64,000 nt of DNA from Roseibium sp. GTDB lineage: Bacteria > Pseudomonadota > Alphaproteobacteria > Rhizobiales > Stappiaceae. Below, in pieces: positions 1-10,217 of this stretch. The DNA is taken from NCBI GenBank assembly GCA_965230445.1, contig OZ246005.1:866233-930232 (forward strand), given 5' to 3'. The number at the start of each line of letters is the position of its first letter. The stretch's first letter is position 1. The notes under the pieces are model-generated. The model had not been told where the DNA came from, did no database searches, and saw only the letters and a program-made list of their open reading frames with translations. A program made the position numbers and the translations under genes.

Positions 1-1
1 T

Positions 2-820
2 CCTTCGGAGTCGGTGCTGGCCGAGGAACTGAATGTCAGCCGGACCATCATTCGTTCTGCTTTAAAGGAACTTGACAAGAAGGGTGTGATCCAATGGGAC
101 GGTCGCGAGAAGACCGTGCTTCGGGCGCCGCAAAACAGTGACCGGTTCGAACTCGCTGTACGCCCGCCAACGCCGGAGGAACTTGAAAGGCGTTTCTTTG
201 AATGGATCCTGCGTTTCGATGTGCCCGCCGGCACCGCGCTGAACCTGACCAAGCTGGCGCGGGAGTTTCAGGTGCCGGCGCATGTCTTGCAAGAGTTTCT
301 GGCGTCGCTCAGCCGGTTTGGGCTAATTCAAAAACGCAAACGTGGCGGCTGGGAGCTTGTGGGCTTCACCGAGGAATTTGCCGTGGAACTATCCGATTTC
401 CGGTCAGTCCTCGAGCTGAACGCGGTGACCACTGTTGTCCGCCAGGAGCCGTCACATGAGATTTGGGCCAAGCTGGCAGATCTCAAGGAGAAGCATATAG
501 CGCTTGAGCGGGATGTGGCCTCGCGTTTTCATGATTTCTCGGCGCTCGACAAAGAGTTTCACGAGGCCATCAATTCGGTGGTGGAAAACCGGTTCGTAGG
601 CGAGTTTCAGCGCGTCATTTCGATGATCTTTCACTATCACTACCAGTGGGAGAAGAATACCGAGCAAGTCCGGAATGCGGCGGCCATCAAAGAGCATCTT
701 GTGCTGATACGTGCGTTGGAAAGCCGGGACGAAGATGCATCGCGCCGGGCCATAGCCGCACATCTGAACACCGCAAAACGGACGCTTCTGGCCTCAATGC
801 GATCGCACAGTTTCACCTGA
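2..820 (+). CDS. GntR/FadR-family transcriptional regulator with FCD-type ligand domain; 5' end cut by the window edge
   Basis: The reading frame stays open back to base 2. PSESVLAEELNVSRTIIRSALKELDKKGVI matches the GntR wHTH region, and the C-terminal part is all-helical and FCD-like. The listed ORF start at 14 is an internal GTG. Confidence 0.8.
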   Translation, partial: PSESVLAEELNVSRTIIRSALKELDKKGVIQWDGREKTVLRAPQNSDRFELAVRPPTPEELERRFFEWILRFDVPAGTALNLTKLAREFQVPAHVLQEFLASLSRFGLIQKRKRGGWELVGFTEEFAVELSDFRSVLELNAVTTVVRQEPSHEIWAKLADLKEKHIALERDVASRFHDFSALDKEFHEAINSVVENRFVGEFQRVISMIFHYHYQWEKNTEQVRNAAAIKEHLVLIRALESRDEDASRRAIAAHLNTAKRTLLASMRSHSFT

Positions 821-858
821 AGGTCGAAGCCGGAAACCGCTCGAGCCAATCAGGCCGG

Positions 859-888
859 ATAGAGCTTCTAATCAACTGGGGTTAGTAT
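859..888 (+). repeat. Copy 1 of the short motif family (core TTCTAATCAACTGGGGTT)
   Basis: Core at 866..883 is identical to the copies at 42118..42145, 48151..48175 and, with 2 mismatches, 42622..42649. It overlaps the stop codon and last codons of the minus-strand ORF 872..2002. Confidence 0.7.
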
Positions 889-2002
889 AACATACTCCTC
901 CATTCGCCAATGCGCCCTCAAGCCTTGGCATCGGTGTGTCGTTGCCGTTTTCGCGCGCCCAGGAGATGAAGGTGCCGATGCGCCTTTGCAGTTTTTCGCA
1001 ATGGTTCTGAGCGATGTCCTGAAGGTTATGATCCAGAAACGGGTTTTCGAACCGGTCCATCACCTCGCTGACATAGGCTTCCGCTTCCGAAGCCATTCCT
1101 GCTGCGGCAAATCCCGGCAGGACTTCCTTTTCGTAGAGTGTTTCCAGATCGGCCCGCAGGTCAGGGTCGGCCATATGCCCGCGAACCAATTGAGCTCCAG
1201 AGCGGTTCCGCGCCAGCCAGCTTGACACCATGTAGCTGTGGCCGAGGTTGAGAATGAACAGCTTGCGGGTTTCGACCGGTTTAAGCGATGGCACGATTTG
1301 AACGGACGGATGACGGCAAGGTGTGATCAGTTTCGACTGGTCCTCAATTGCCCAGAGCGCATAGGGTTCGGCCACGGCACCGGCAGGCTCGATCGCTTCG
1401 GAGACGATACGGTCGACCAGTGAATTGACAAAGGTTACATGACTTTGCAGCCAGGATTGGAATTCGGCCGGAAACCGGCGTCCCAACTCCGCCACCAGCT
1501 TTCGCAGACAGTCTCCGTTGTCCGGGATGAGTTCAGTCGGCATGACCTGCAGCGGCGCGCCGGTCGCCTGAAATCGCGCCCAGAGAAGCCGCGTTAGCTT
1601 TTCCGGGTAGGACATGGCCGGATGAAATTCGGTTGCTGCGTCGGCTTGAGCTGCCCGAAAACCGGCATCCGACGTGTTGGACAGGATGATCTCCGCCTCT
1701 TCCGCCACAATACGGGTGATTTCTTCCCAATCGGTGTTTGCACTCAGCGCGCGTTTTACCGATGTGACGCGGACTTCTGTATCAATTGTCTTGCCTTTGC
1801 CGATGCCCCGCACCTTGACCGGAAACCCTTCCGGAGCCGCAAGGCCGGCCAGCCGGCTCATGCGGTTAGCCGTGCCGCTTGAATGGACGACAGTGATCGG
1901 GCCGAGCGCGTTACCTGTTTCAAGGGCTTCGGAAACAAAAAGGTCGGCGTGCGCTTGAAGAAAGCGGCTTGTGCCGAATTGAATGATTGGTGTTGTCGGC
2001 AC
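872..2002 (-). CDS. Mannitol dehydrogenase-family oxidoreductase
   Basis: 376-aa ORF. The N-terminal IIQFGTSRFLQAHADLF dinucleotide-binding-like motif and overall length are typical of the mannitol/altronate dehydrogenase family. Divergent GntR neighbour. Confidence 0.6.
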   Translation of the reverse strand: MPTTPIIQFGTSRFLQAHADLFVSEALETGNALGPITVVHSSGTANRMSRLAGLAAPEGFPVKVRGIGKGKTIDTEVRVTSVKRALSANTDWEEITRIVAEEAEIILSNTSDAGFRAAQADAATEFHPAMSYPEKLTRLLWARFQATGAPLQVMPTELIPDNGDCLRKLVAELGRRFPAEFQSWLQSHVTFVNSLVDRIVSEAIEPAGAVAEPYALWAIEDQSKLITPCRHPSVQIVPSLKPVETRKLFILNLGHSYMVSSWLARNRSGAQLVRGHMADPDLRADLETLYEKEVLPGFAAAGMASEAEAYVSEVMDRFENPFLDHNLQDIAQNHCEKLQRRIGTFISWARENGNDTPMPRLEGALANGGVCYTNPS

Positions 2003-2474
2003 GAACGATCTCCAGTTTGGTTTTTTATTATAAAGAACTAATTCGTTATGGCGATTGCTTCAATTGGGATCATTCATCGCACCGAAAGCGCGACGCAGCA
2101 GTACCGAAAAATGAGAGCTCCGGGAGCTAGTCTCGACGCAAACATCTTATTGCGGACGGGCACCCTGACTCTGGAAACGGAAAACTCTTCTTGTTTTCCG
2201 CAATATGAGGACTGTTCTGTGCAATTTTTCCGTTTATGATCACGGTTGGGCACTTTTGGATCAGCCTTTGGAAATCCCAATACGGACCTCACCGGCTTCC
2301 GATTGTTAACGGTTTGGCGGAGAATCCTGAAAATTCAAGCCATTCGGCGTTCGGAGATGAAACGATGGTCTTGCGATTTTCTTGGGCGAACGTTAGTAGT
2401 CCTATTTTAATTCCTGCCATAAACGGGCGGGAAGACGATCAAAATGAGCACAAGACTGTTCAGGGGGAATTTTC

Positions 2475-3662
2475 ATGAAATCCGTACTGTCCACTGGCGT
2501 TGCTGCATTGGCGCTTCTTGCGGCCACTACAGCTCATGCAGAAGACGTCAAGGTCGGCGTTTTCCTGGGCTTCACCGGCCCGATTGAATCGACCGTTGCA
2601 GCCATGGCACCTGCGGCCGAGCTGGCGATCAAGGAAGTCAGCGATAGCGGCAAACTGCTGGGCGGGTCCACCGTGACGCCGGTTCGCGGTGACACCACCT
2701 GCATCGACGCCGCCGTTGCTACTGCAGCTGCAGAGCGTCTCATCACATCCGACGGCGTGAAAGCCCTGGTCGGTGGCGACTGCTCCGGCGTAACCACTGC
2801 AGTGCTGCAGAACGTTGCAAAGTCCAACGGCGTTGTCATGATTTCGCCGTCGGCCACATCGCCGGCGCTGACCACCATCGAAGACGATGGTGTCTTCTTC
2901 CGGACCGCTCCTTCCGATGCGCGCCAGGGTGAAGTGATCGCCGACGTGCTGAAAGAAGAAGGCATCGGTTCGATCGCCATCAGCTACACCAACAATGACT
3001 ATGGCAAGGGCCTGGCCGATTCCATCGCCTCCAGCCACAAGGCAAATGGTGGGACTGTGACCATCAACGTGCCGCACGAAGACGGCAAGGGCGACTATAC
3101 CGCTGAAGTTGGTGCACTTGCTGCTGCCGGCGGCGACGTGCTTGTTGTTGCCGGTTACGTCGATCAGGGCGGCCGCGGCATTGTCCAGGCTTCCGTTGAC
3201 ACCGGCGCATTCGACCGTTTCGTATTCCCGGACGGCATGATCGGCCCGGCACTGGTTGAAAACCACGGCTCCGACCTTGACGGTTCCATCGGCATCAATC
3301 CCGGCACCGACAGCTCGGGCGGCGCGACCTTCGTTGAGATGGCCACCGCAAGCGGCTTTACCCCTGGTCCGTATTCCGCTGAATCCTACGATGCTGCTGC
3401 GCTGATCCTGCTCGCCATGCAGGCCGCTGGCTCTTCCGACAGCTCCGCTCTGAAGGAGAAGGTCATGGATGTTGCCAATGCGCCAGGCGAACAGATCTTC
3501 CCGGGCGAACTGGCAAAAGGCCTCGAAATCCTCGCTTCGGGCGGTGAGATCGACTACCAGGGTGCAACCGCGGTCGAACTGATCGGCCCGGGCGAAAGCT
3601 CCGGCAGCTATCGCCAGGTTACCTACAAGGACGGCCAGGAAGTCGTCATCGGCTACCGCTAA
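2475..3662 (+). CDS. ABC transporter substrate-binding protein, type I periplasmic binding fold (Leu/Ile/Val-binding-like)
   Basis: Signal peptide ALALLAATTAHA followed by a LivJ/LivK-like domain. First gene of a five-gene Liv-type transporter operon. Confidence 0.85.
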   Translation: MKSVLSTGVAALALLAATTAHAEDVKVGVFLGFTGPIESTVAAMAPAAELAIKEVSDSGKLLGGSTVTPVRGDTTCIDAAVATAAAERLITSDGVKALVGGDCSGVTTAVLQNVAKSNGVVMISPSATSPALTTIEDDGVFFRTAPSDARQGEVIADVLKEEGIGSIAISYTNNDYGKGLADSIASSHKANGGTVTINVPHEDGKGDYTAEVGALAAAGGDVLVVAGYVDQGGRGIVQASVDTGAFDRFVFPDGMIGPALVENHGSDLDGSIGINPGTDSSGGATFVEMATASGFTPGPYSAESYDAAALILLAMQAAGSSDSSALKEKVMDVANAPGEQIFPGELAKGLEILASGGEIDYQGATAVELIGPGESSGSYRQVTYKDGQEVVIGYR

Positions 3663-3689
3663 GACGGACAGGCACGTTACTGAAAAACG

Positions 3690-3716
3690 CCCGAGGCTGC
3701 TTTTCGCAGCCTTGGG
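3690..3716 (+). terminator. Intercistronic stem-loop after the binding-protein gene (possible partial terminator or attenuator)
   Basis: CCCGAGGCTGC-TTTTC-GCAGCCTTGGG hairpin followed by CACTTTATT. Located between the SBP gene and the ATPase genes, the usual position for differential expression. Confidence 0.35.
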
Positions 3717-3745
3717 CACTTTATTAATGTGCCGATCTCACAAGA

Positions 3746-4534
3746 ATGATCGAAATCGACAACGTGCACCTGCACTTTGGTGGTATTCGCGCCGTGGATG
3801 GCGCGCGGTTCACCATCGAAAAGGGGTCCATAACCGGCTTGATCGGGCCGAACGGTGCTGGAAAAACCTCGCTGTTCAATGTGATCGCCGGTCACTACAA
3901 ACCGACCTCTGGCCATATTTATCTCGACGGCGAGGACATCACGGGGCTGATGCCGCATGAATTGTTCGCACGCGGCCTGCTGCGGACTTTCCAGATTGCC
4001 CATGAATTCGGCTCGCTCACGGTGCGCGAGAACCTCATGATGGTTCCGCCGGACCAACTCGGCGAGCAATATGTCAATACCTGGTTCCGGCCCTCCCAGG
4101 TCCGCGCGCAGGAAGAAGAAGTCCGCGCCAAGGCCAACGAGGTTATCGAGTTTCTGGAGATCGGCCACGTCGCAGACGAACTTGCCGGCAATCTCTCCGG
4201 CGGGCAGAAGAAGCTGCTTGAACTTGGCCGCACGATGATGGTCGACGCAAAGATCGTGTTTCTCGATGAGGTCGGCGCCGGTGTGAACCGGACGCTCCTC
4301 GGAACGATTTCAGACTCCATTCTGCGCCTTCAAAAGGAGCGTGGGTATACGTTCTGCGTGATCGAACATGACATGGACATGATCGCCAAGCTTTGCGATC
4401 CCGTGGTTGTCATGGCGGAAGGCAAGGTTCTTGCTCAGGCAGCGCCTGATGAGGTCATGAAGAACGAAGAGGTTATCGAGGCCTATCTCGGACGCGGCAT
4501 GAAGAACAAGAAAAAAGCCGGGGAGGCCACATGA
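3746..4534 (+). CDS. Branched-chain amino acid-type ABC transporter ATP-binding protein (LivG-like)
   Basis: Walker A GPNGAGKT, signature LSGGQKK, Walker B VFLDE; LivG-like C-terminal extension. Confidence 0.9.
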   Translation: MIEIDNVHLHFGGIRAVDGARFTIEKGSITGLIGPNGAGKTSLFNVIAGHYKPTSGHIYLDGEDITGLMPHELFARGLLRTFQIAHEFGSLTVRENLMMVPPDQLGEQYVNTWFRPSQVRAQEEEVRAKANEVIEFLEIGHVADELAGNLSGGQKKLLELGRTMMVDAKIVFLDEVGAGVNRTLLGTISDSILRLQKERGYTFCVIEHDMDMIAKLCDPVVVMAEGKVLAQAAPDEVMKNEEVIEAYLGRGMKNKKKAGEAT

Positions 4535-5238
4535 ACGCGCTGCTCGGATCGGAAATGACCGGTGGTTATGGTACCGGCGCCAACATCCTGCATGACTGTA
4601 CAATCGGAGTTGATGCGGGCGAAGTCGCGGTGATTGTCGGGCCGAATGGCGCGGGCAAGTCGACGGCCATGAAGGCGGTGTTCGGCATGCTCGGTCTGCG
4701 CGGCGGCCAGGTTACCATGAACGGCAAGGACATCACCTCCCTGTCGCCCCAGGCCCGCGTACGCGAGGGCATGGCCTTCGTACCGCAAACAAAAAATGTG
4801 TTCACCTCCATGTCGGTCGAGGAAAACCTCGAAATGGGCGGCTTCATCCGCGAGGACGACATCAGCGACACGATGGAGCAGGTTTATGACCTGTTCCCCG
4901 TTCTGAAGGAGAAGCGCCGCCAGCCGGCCGGTCAGCTATCCGGCGGACAGCGCCAGCAGGTCGCCGTCGGCCGCGCATTGATGACCAATCCGCAGGTGTT
5001 GATGCTTGACGAGCCGACAGCCGGTGTTTCGCCCATCGTCATGGATGAACTGTTCGACCGGATTGTCGAGGTTGCCCGGACAGGTATTGCGATCCTGATG
5101 GTCGAGCAGAATGCCAAGCAGGCGCTTGAGATCGCCGACAAGGGCTATGTGCTGGTCCAGGGCCGCAATCGATACACGGACACCGGCGAGGCGCTTTTGG
5201 CGGATCCGGAAGTCCGCCGCGCGTTTCTGGGCGGGTAG
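4531..5238 (+). CDS. Branched-chain amino acid-type ABC transporter ATP-binding protein (LivF-like)
   Basis: GPNGAGKST, LSGGQRQ and LMLDEP motifs. Its start overlaps the upstream stop by 4 bp. Confidence 0.9.
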   Translation: MNALLGSEMTGGYGTGANILHDCTIGVDAGEVAVIVGPNGAGKSTAMKAVFGMLGLRGGQVTMNGKDITSLSPQARVREGMAFVPQTKNVFTSMSVEENLEMGGFIREDDISDTMEQVYDLFPVLKEKRRQPAGQLSGGQRQQVAVGRALMTNPQVLMLDEPTAGVSPIVMDELFDRIVEVARTGIAILMVEQNAKQALEIADKGYVLVQGRNRYTDTGEALLADPEVRRAFLGG

Positions 5239-5249
5239 GGATAAATCTG

Positions 5250-6260
5250 ATGGAAACTCTCAACGCCATCGTGTTGTTCGCGAATTTCGTGTTCATCCCG
5301 GCAATGGCATATGGCAGCCAGCTGGCGCTCGGCGCGCTCGGCGTGACGCTTGTTTACGACATCCTGCGCTTCTCCAACTTCGCCCATGGCGAGATCATGT
5401 CCTTCGGAGCGATGGTTTCGATCCTCGTGATGTGGGTGCTTCAGGCCGGAGGTGTTTCGATATCGCCGTTGCCGACGGTGCTTCTGGCACTACCGTTCTC
5501 AGTCATAGCAACAGCGGCAATGCTTTTGATGTTCGACCGGTCAGTGTTTCGATACTACCGTGTCAAGCGGTCGGCACCTGTTATCCTGGTGATCGCCTCG
5601 ACCGGTGTGATGTTTGTCTTGCACGGCATCATCCGCTTCATCATCGGAGTTAGCGATCAGCGGGTCGACGACGGCACGCGCTTTCTCATAAAAGTCCGTG
5701 AATTCAAGGAAATGACCGGCCTTAGCGAAGGTTTGGGCATCAAGACATCTCAGGTCATCTCCGTTGTCGCGGCCGTGATTTGCGTGTCCCTGCTGTTCTG
5801 GTTCCTGAACAAGACACGGACTGGCAAGTCCATGCGGGCCTATTCGGACAACGAGGATCTTGCGCTGCTGTCCGGTGTCAATCCGGACCGGGTGGTCATG
5901 TATGCGTGGATCATCGTCGGTGGCCTGGCCGCTCTGGCCGGAACGCTTTACGGGCTCGACAAGATCTACAAGCCGTTCACCTATCTGCAGCTTCTTCTGC
6001 CGATCTTCGCAGCGGCCATTGTCGGCGGTATCGGCAATCCGGTCGGCGCAATTGCAGGCGGTTTCATCATTGCATTCTCGGAAGTGATGGTGACCTACGC
6101 CTACAAGAAGTTCATCGGTTATCTGGTGGTTCCCGAATGGGCACCTGAAGGGCTGATGCAGCTGCTCGGAACCGATTACAAGTTTGCGGTTTCGTTCATG
6201 CTGCTGGTTGTTGTTTTGCTGGTCCGTCCGACCGGGCTCTTTTCGGGGAAAACGATATGA
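5250..6260 (+). CDS. Branched-chain amino acid-type ABC transporter permease (LivH-like)
   Basis: Polytopic membrane protein, 336 aa, operon position, LivH-like conserved segments (GHGEIMSFGA-type). Confidence 0.85.
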   Translation: METLNAIVLFANFVFIPAMAYGSQLALGALGVTLVYDILRFSNFAHGEIMSFGAMVSILVMWVLQAGGVSISPLPTVLLALPFSVIATAAMLLMFDRSVFRYYRVKRSAPVILVIASTGVMFVLHGIIRFIIGVSDQRVDDGTRFLIKVREFKEMTGLSEGLGIKTSQVISVVAAVICVSLLFWFLNKTRTGKSMRAYSDNEDLALLSGVNPDRVVMYAWIIVGGLAALAGTLYGLDKIYKPFTYLQLLLPIFAAAIVGGIGNPVGAIAGGFIIAFSEVMVTYAYKKFIGYLVVPEWAPEGLMQLLGTDYKFAVSFMLLVVVLLVRPTGLFSGKTI

Positions 6261-7588
6261 GTGCGACGTTGAGCCGGAAGATCCTGGTCTTCGCAGCGAT
6301 GGGCGCGCTTCTACTGCTCGTCGGCTTTTTCCAGAGCTGGACCCTGGCGCTGACAATCATCAACCTGTGCATCATTTCCTCCATCATGGCGATGGGCGTG
6401 AATATGCAATGGGGTTATGCCGGGCTGTTCAATGCCGGTGTCATGGGATTTGCCGCGCTTGGCGGTCTGGCGGCCATTGTCATTGCGATGCCGCCGGTCG
6501 GCGCGACATGGCAAGCAGGCGGCATGGGTATTCTGCTCAGCCTGCTGATCATCGTGGCGACCATCTTCGCAAGCGTTTTTATCTACCGGCAACTCAAGGG
6601 CAAGGGCGCGATCTGCGGGATCGCGACAGCGGCAGTCGCCATTGCCGGGATCTTTGTGGCCAGATTGGTGTTCTTGCCCACGACGGCGGCGATTGAACTG
6701 GTGGAACCGGCCAAGACCGGGTATCTCGGCGGCCTCGGCTTGCCGGTGCTGGTCGCATGGCCTGTCGGCGGATTGCTGGCGGCCGGTGCAGCATGGGTTA
6801 TCGGCAAGCTCGCGCTCGGTCTGCGCTCCGATTATCTCGCGATTGCCACGCTTGGTATCTCGGAAATCATCATCGCGATCCTGAAGAACGAAGACTGGCT
6901 GACACGGGGCGTGAAGAACGTCACCGGCATTCCGCGTCCGACACCGTATGAAATCGACCTGCAGAATACGCCGTGGTTCATCGATATGGCGAACAACTGG
7001 GGCATCGGTGTCGCCGAAGCGTCGTCCTTGTTCGTCAAGTTGAACTACTGCCTGCTGTTCCTTGCGGTTCTGCTTCTGATACTGTTCCTCTCCGAAAGGG
7101 CACTGAAATCCCCCTGGGGACGGATGATGCGGGCCATTCGTGATAACGAGCATGCGGCCGAAGCCATGGGCAAGGACGTCAAGGGCCGGCATCTTGAAGT
7201 CTTTGTATTGGGATCAGCGGTAATCGGCATCGCCGGTGCGATGCTGGTGACCCTCGATGGTCAGTTCACGCCGACCTCCTACCAGCCGTTGCGTTTCACC
7301 TTCCTTGTCTGGGTCATGGTGATCGTGGGTGGCTCGGGGAACAATTTCGGCGCGGTGATTGGCGGGTTCGTGGTCTGGTTCTTCTGGGTTCAATCAGAAC
7401 CTATGGGAGCCTGGCTGATCAATGCACTGACCTCCGGCCTTGCAGAGGACAATGCACTCAGGCAGCATCTGATAGACAGTGCGATCTATATGCGTCCGAT
7501 CACCATGGGGCTGGTCCTGATCCTTGTTTTGAGGTTTGCGCCGCAAGGACTAATCCCGGAAGATTCCGGGCGTCGGCTAAGGGCCTGA
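6257..7588 (+). CDS. Branched-chain amino acid-type ABC transporter permease (LivM-like)
   Basis: Polytopic 443-aa protein with the LivM-like IATLGISEI motif. Its start overlaps the upstream gene by 4 bp. Confidence 0.85.
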   Translation: MSATLSRKILVFAAMGALLLLVGFFQSWTLALTIINLCIISSIMAMGVNMQWGYAGLFNAGVMGFAALGGLAAIVIAMPPVGATWQAGGMGILLSLLIIVATIFASVFIYRQLKGKGAICGIATAAVAIAGIFVARLVFLPTTAAIELVEPAKTGYLGGLGLPVLVAWPVGGLLAAGAAWVIGKLALGLRSDYLAIATLGISEIIIAILKNEDWLTRGVKNVTGIPRPTPYEIDLQNTPWFIDMANNWGIGVAEASSLFVKLNYCLLFLAVLLLILFLSERALKSPWGRMMRAIRDNEHAAEAMGKDVKGRHLEVFVLGSAVIGIAGAMLVTLDGQFTPTSYQPLRFTFLVWVMVIVGGSGNNFGAVIGGFVVWFFWVQSEPMGAWLINALTSGLAEDNALRQHLIDSAIYMRPITMGLVLILVLRFAPQGLIPEDSGRRLRA

Positions 7589-8560
7589 CGTAAGAGACTT
7601 GTCCGACTTGGAGTTACGGCGCGCGGTTGGTGTTGCGCCGTAACGGGACCGGTAGGCCTTGGCAAAGTGGGCCTGATTGACAAAGCCGGTTGCCATCGCG
7701 ACATCGACAAATGGCAGCCGCGTCTTGCGAACCAGATCATCGGCCTTTTGCAGCCGGATTTCCATGTAGCACTGCATGACGCCCTTATCGAACTCCTGTT
7801 CGAAACGTCTTTGAAGCTGCCGCGGGCTGATCCCGGCCAGCATGGCGACCTGACCGAGCGATAGCGGGTCGGCAATGTGGTTTTCCATCAGGTCAAGGGC
7901 GGTCGCGACGATCGGATGCAGTTGCGCTGTGCTGCCCGCATATCCGGACCGTTGCGGATCGTCCGCACTGCGCACGCCGGTATGGATGAACCAGTCACTT
8001 ACCTTGTTGGCGAGATCGGCACCGTGATCGGACTGAATCAGCGCATGCATCATGTCGAGAGGCGCCACGCCGCCGGCACACGTGTACCGGTCCCTGTCGA
8101 TGACGAAAAGACGCCGTTCCATCAGAAACTTGCTGGATAACGCCTGCAAGGCTTCGAAATGCTCCCAATGCACGGTGAACCGTCGCCGGTCCAGAACCCC
8201 GGCTTTTGCCAGCAGCACGACACCGCCGGATATGCCTCCCAAAGGCAAGCCATGAACAGCAAGCGACCGGATCTGACCGAAGACGCGTGAATTCTGGTAA
8301 GCCAGCGGATTCCCGCCTGCGATCACGAACAGGATGTCCAGGCGGCGGTCTGCAACAGCGAACGGCTCGGTAGGAAAAGCGGCGCCGCCGGAAGACTGTA
8401 CCGGTCCGCCACCCTCAGAGAAAAAGCGTAGTGAATAAAGTTGCTTTTCCGCCAAAAGGTTAGCCGCCCGCAAAGGTTCGATGGCCGTTGCCGCGGACAT
8501 CATGGCGAAATTCTCGATCAGCAAAAAACCGATGTTTTGGAAGGCCGGAACAGGTGTCAT
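7577..8560 (-). CDS. GlxA-family (DJ-1/PfpI-like domain plus AraC HTH) transcriptional regulator, GbdR-like
   Basis: N-terminal amidotransferase-like domain and C-terminal AraC HTH (GISPRQLQRRFE ... QAHFAKAYRSRYGATP). Divergent from soxB, as with GbdR-type regulators of betaine/sarcosine catabolism. Confidence 0.85.
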   Translation of the reverse strand: MTPVPAFQNIGFLLIENFAMMSAATAIEPLRAANLLAEKQLYSLRFFSEGGGPVQSSGGAAFPTEPFAVADRRLDILFVIAGGNPLAYQNSRVFGQIRSLAVHGLPLGGISGGVVLLAKAGVLDRRRFTVHWEHFEALQALSSKFLMERRLFVIDRDRYTCAGGVAPLDMMHALIQSDHGADLANKVSDWFIHTGVRSADDPQRSGYAGSTAQLHPIVATALDLMENHIADPLSLGQVAMLAGISPRQLQRRFEQEFDKGVMQCYMEIRLQKADDLVRKTRLPFVDVAMATGFVNQAHFAKAYRSRYGATPTARRNSKSDKSLTSGP

Positions 8561-8665
8561 TCTGCCTTTATAGTGTGGGCGATAATCGAAAACAATATGG
8601 CCTTATTTGAATAGGAATTTTTCTTGTCACCATGACACCCTGTCCAAAATAGTGACGAGGGCGAC

Positions 8666-9916
8666 GTGAAATACTCCGGTATCCGACTGATCAGGGAAGC
8701 TTTAACGGGCCACAAAGGCTGGAAACCGGTCTGGCGCGACCCGGAGCCACAGTCACATTACGACATTATTATTGTCGGTGGCGGCGGTCACGGGCTATCG
8801 GCTGCGCATTATCTTGCGAAAGTCTACAAAAAGTCGCGGATCGCGGTTCTTGAAAAGGGGTGGATCGGCGGCGGCAATGTCGGCCGGAACACAACCATCA
8901 TCCGCTCCAACTATCTGCTGCCCGGCAACGAGCCGTTCTACGAGTTCTCCATGAAGCTGTGGGAGGACCTTGAGCAGGATCTGAACTACAACGCGATGGT
9001 CAGCCAGCGCGGCATCATGAACCTTTTTCACACTGATGCGCAGCGGGACGCCTACCGCCGCCGCGGCAACTCCATGATATTGCATGGTGCGGATGCGGAA
9101 CTGCTGGATGCGGACGCGGTACGCAAGGAAGCGCCGTTCCTCAACTTCGACAATGCCCGCTTTCCGATCAAGGGTGCTCTTGTGCAGCGGCGTGGCGGTA
9201 CCGCCCGTCATGACGCGGTCGCCTGGGGCTATGCCCGGTCTGCCGATCTGCACGGGGTGGATATCATCCAGAATTGCGAGGTGACCGGCTTCCGGATCGA
9301 GGCGGGCAAGGTGCTCGGCGTCGAGACATCAAGAGGCTTTATCGGCGCGGACAAGGTCGGGGTCGCGGTCGCAGGTTCGTCCGGCAAGGTAATGTCGCAA
9401 GCCGGCATGCGTTTGCCGATAGAAAGTCACGTCCTGCAGGCGTTTGTGTCCGAAGGCCTGAAACCGGTGATCCCAGGGGTCATCACTTTCGGTGCAGGGC
9501 ATTTTTATGTCAGCCAATCGGACAAGGGCGGCTTGGTGTTCGGCGGCGACATAGACGGCTACAACACCTATGCGCAGCGCGGCAACCTTCCGGTTGTCGA
9601 AGACGTCTGCGAAGGCGGCATGGCGATCATGCCGATGATCGGCCGTGCGCGGCTCTTGCGCATGTGGGGCGGGGTCATGGACATGTCCATGGACGGCTCG
9701 CCGATCATCGACCGCACGCATATTGACGGGCTCTACTTCAATGGCGGCTGGTGCTACGGCGGCTTCAAGGCGACCCCGGCCTCCGGCTATGTCTTCGCCC
9801 ATCTTCTGGCCACCGGCAACTATCATGATTGTGCGACAGCCTTCCGGTTCGACCGGTTCGAAAAGGGCCTGATGATTGACGAAAAGGGCGCAGGCGCCCA
9901 GCCAAATCTGCACTGA
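8666..9916 (+). CDS. soxB: Heterotetrameric sarcosine oxidase, beta subunit
   Basis: 416 aa with the FAD-binding motif IIIVGGGGHG. The N-terminus is typical of SoxB, and the gene order is soxB-D-A-G. Confidence 0.9.
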   Translation: MKYSGIRLIREALTGHKGWKPVWRDPEPQSHYDIIIVGGGGHGLSAAHYLAKVYKKSRIAVLEKGWIGGGNVGRNTTIIRSNYLLPGNEPFYEFSMKLWEDLEQDLNYNAMVSQRGIMNLFHTDAQRDAYRRRGNSMILHGADAELLDADAVRKEAPFLNFDNARFPIKGALVQRRGGTARHDAVAWGYARSADLHGVDIIQNCEVTGFRIEAGKVLGVETSRGFIGADKVGVAVAGSSGKVMSQAGMRLPIESHVLQAFVSEGLKPVIPGVITFGAGHFYVSQSDKGGLVFGGDIDGYNTYAQRGNLPVVEDVCEGGMAIMPMIGRARLLRMWGGVMDMSMDGSPIIDRTHIDGLYFNGGWCYGGFKATPASGYVFAHLLATGNYHDCATAFRFDRFEKGLMIDEKGAGAQPNLH

Positions 9917-9929
9917 GCGAGGACAGAAA

Positions 9930-10217
9930 ATGATCATTCCACATCCTCTGCTCGGTCCGCGCGACGCGCAGGAATTCACCTATCTGGGCGATGCCTCGCT
10001 TTTGAACCGGCCGGACTGGCAAGCCGAAAACGCAGCTGGAGACTTTTTCGAGTACCAGTATCTGCGCGACAATCCAGCCGGCACACATCGCGAACTCTGG
10101 TTCCATGAACAGGGGGACCGGTCGTGGCTGGTCGTCACGCGCGATACCACCACTCATGAAATCCTGAAAACTGAGCTTGCCCGGGATGTTGCCCTGGCCG
10201 GAAAGGCGGGCAAATGA
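9930..10217 (+). CDS. soxD: Sarcosine oxidase, delta subunit
   Basis: MIIPHPLLGPRDAQEFTYLGDA... is a typical SoxD N-terminus. The ATG at 9930 is preceded by GAGGA. The longer listed ORF from 9876 overlaps soxB. Confidence 0.85.
   Translation: MIIPHPLLGPRDAQEFTYLGDASLLNRPDWQAENAAGDFFEYQYLRDNPAGTHRELWFHEQGDRSWLVVTRDTTTHEILKTELARDVALAGKAGK

Noticed and set aside
2460-3719. 419-aa ORF on the minus strand
   Set aside because: It is fully antisense to the well-supported ABC substrate-binding protein gene (2475..3662). Its composition is Arg/Ala/Gly-rich and typical of shadow ORFs in GC-rich DNA, and it has no recognisable motifs.
5541-7192. Two long minus-strand ORFs (271 aa and 293 aa)
   Set aside because: They are antisense to the LivH/LivM-like permease genes. 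Their translations are highly charged and Arg-rich, inconsistent with real proteins in this context.
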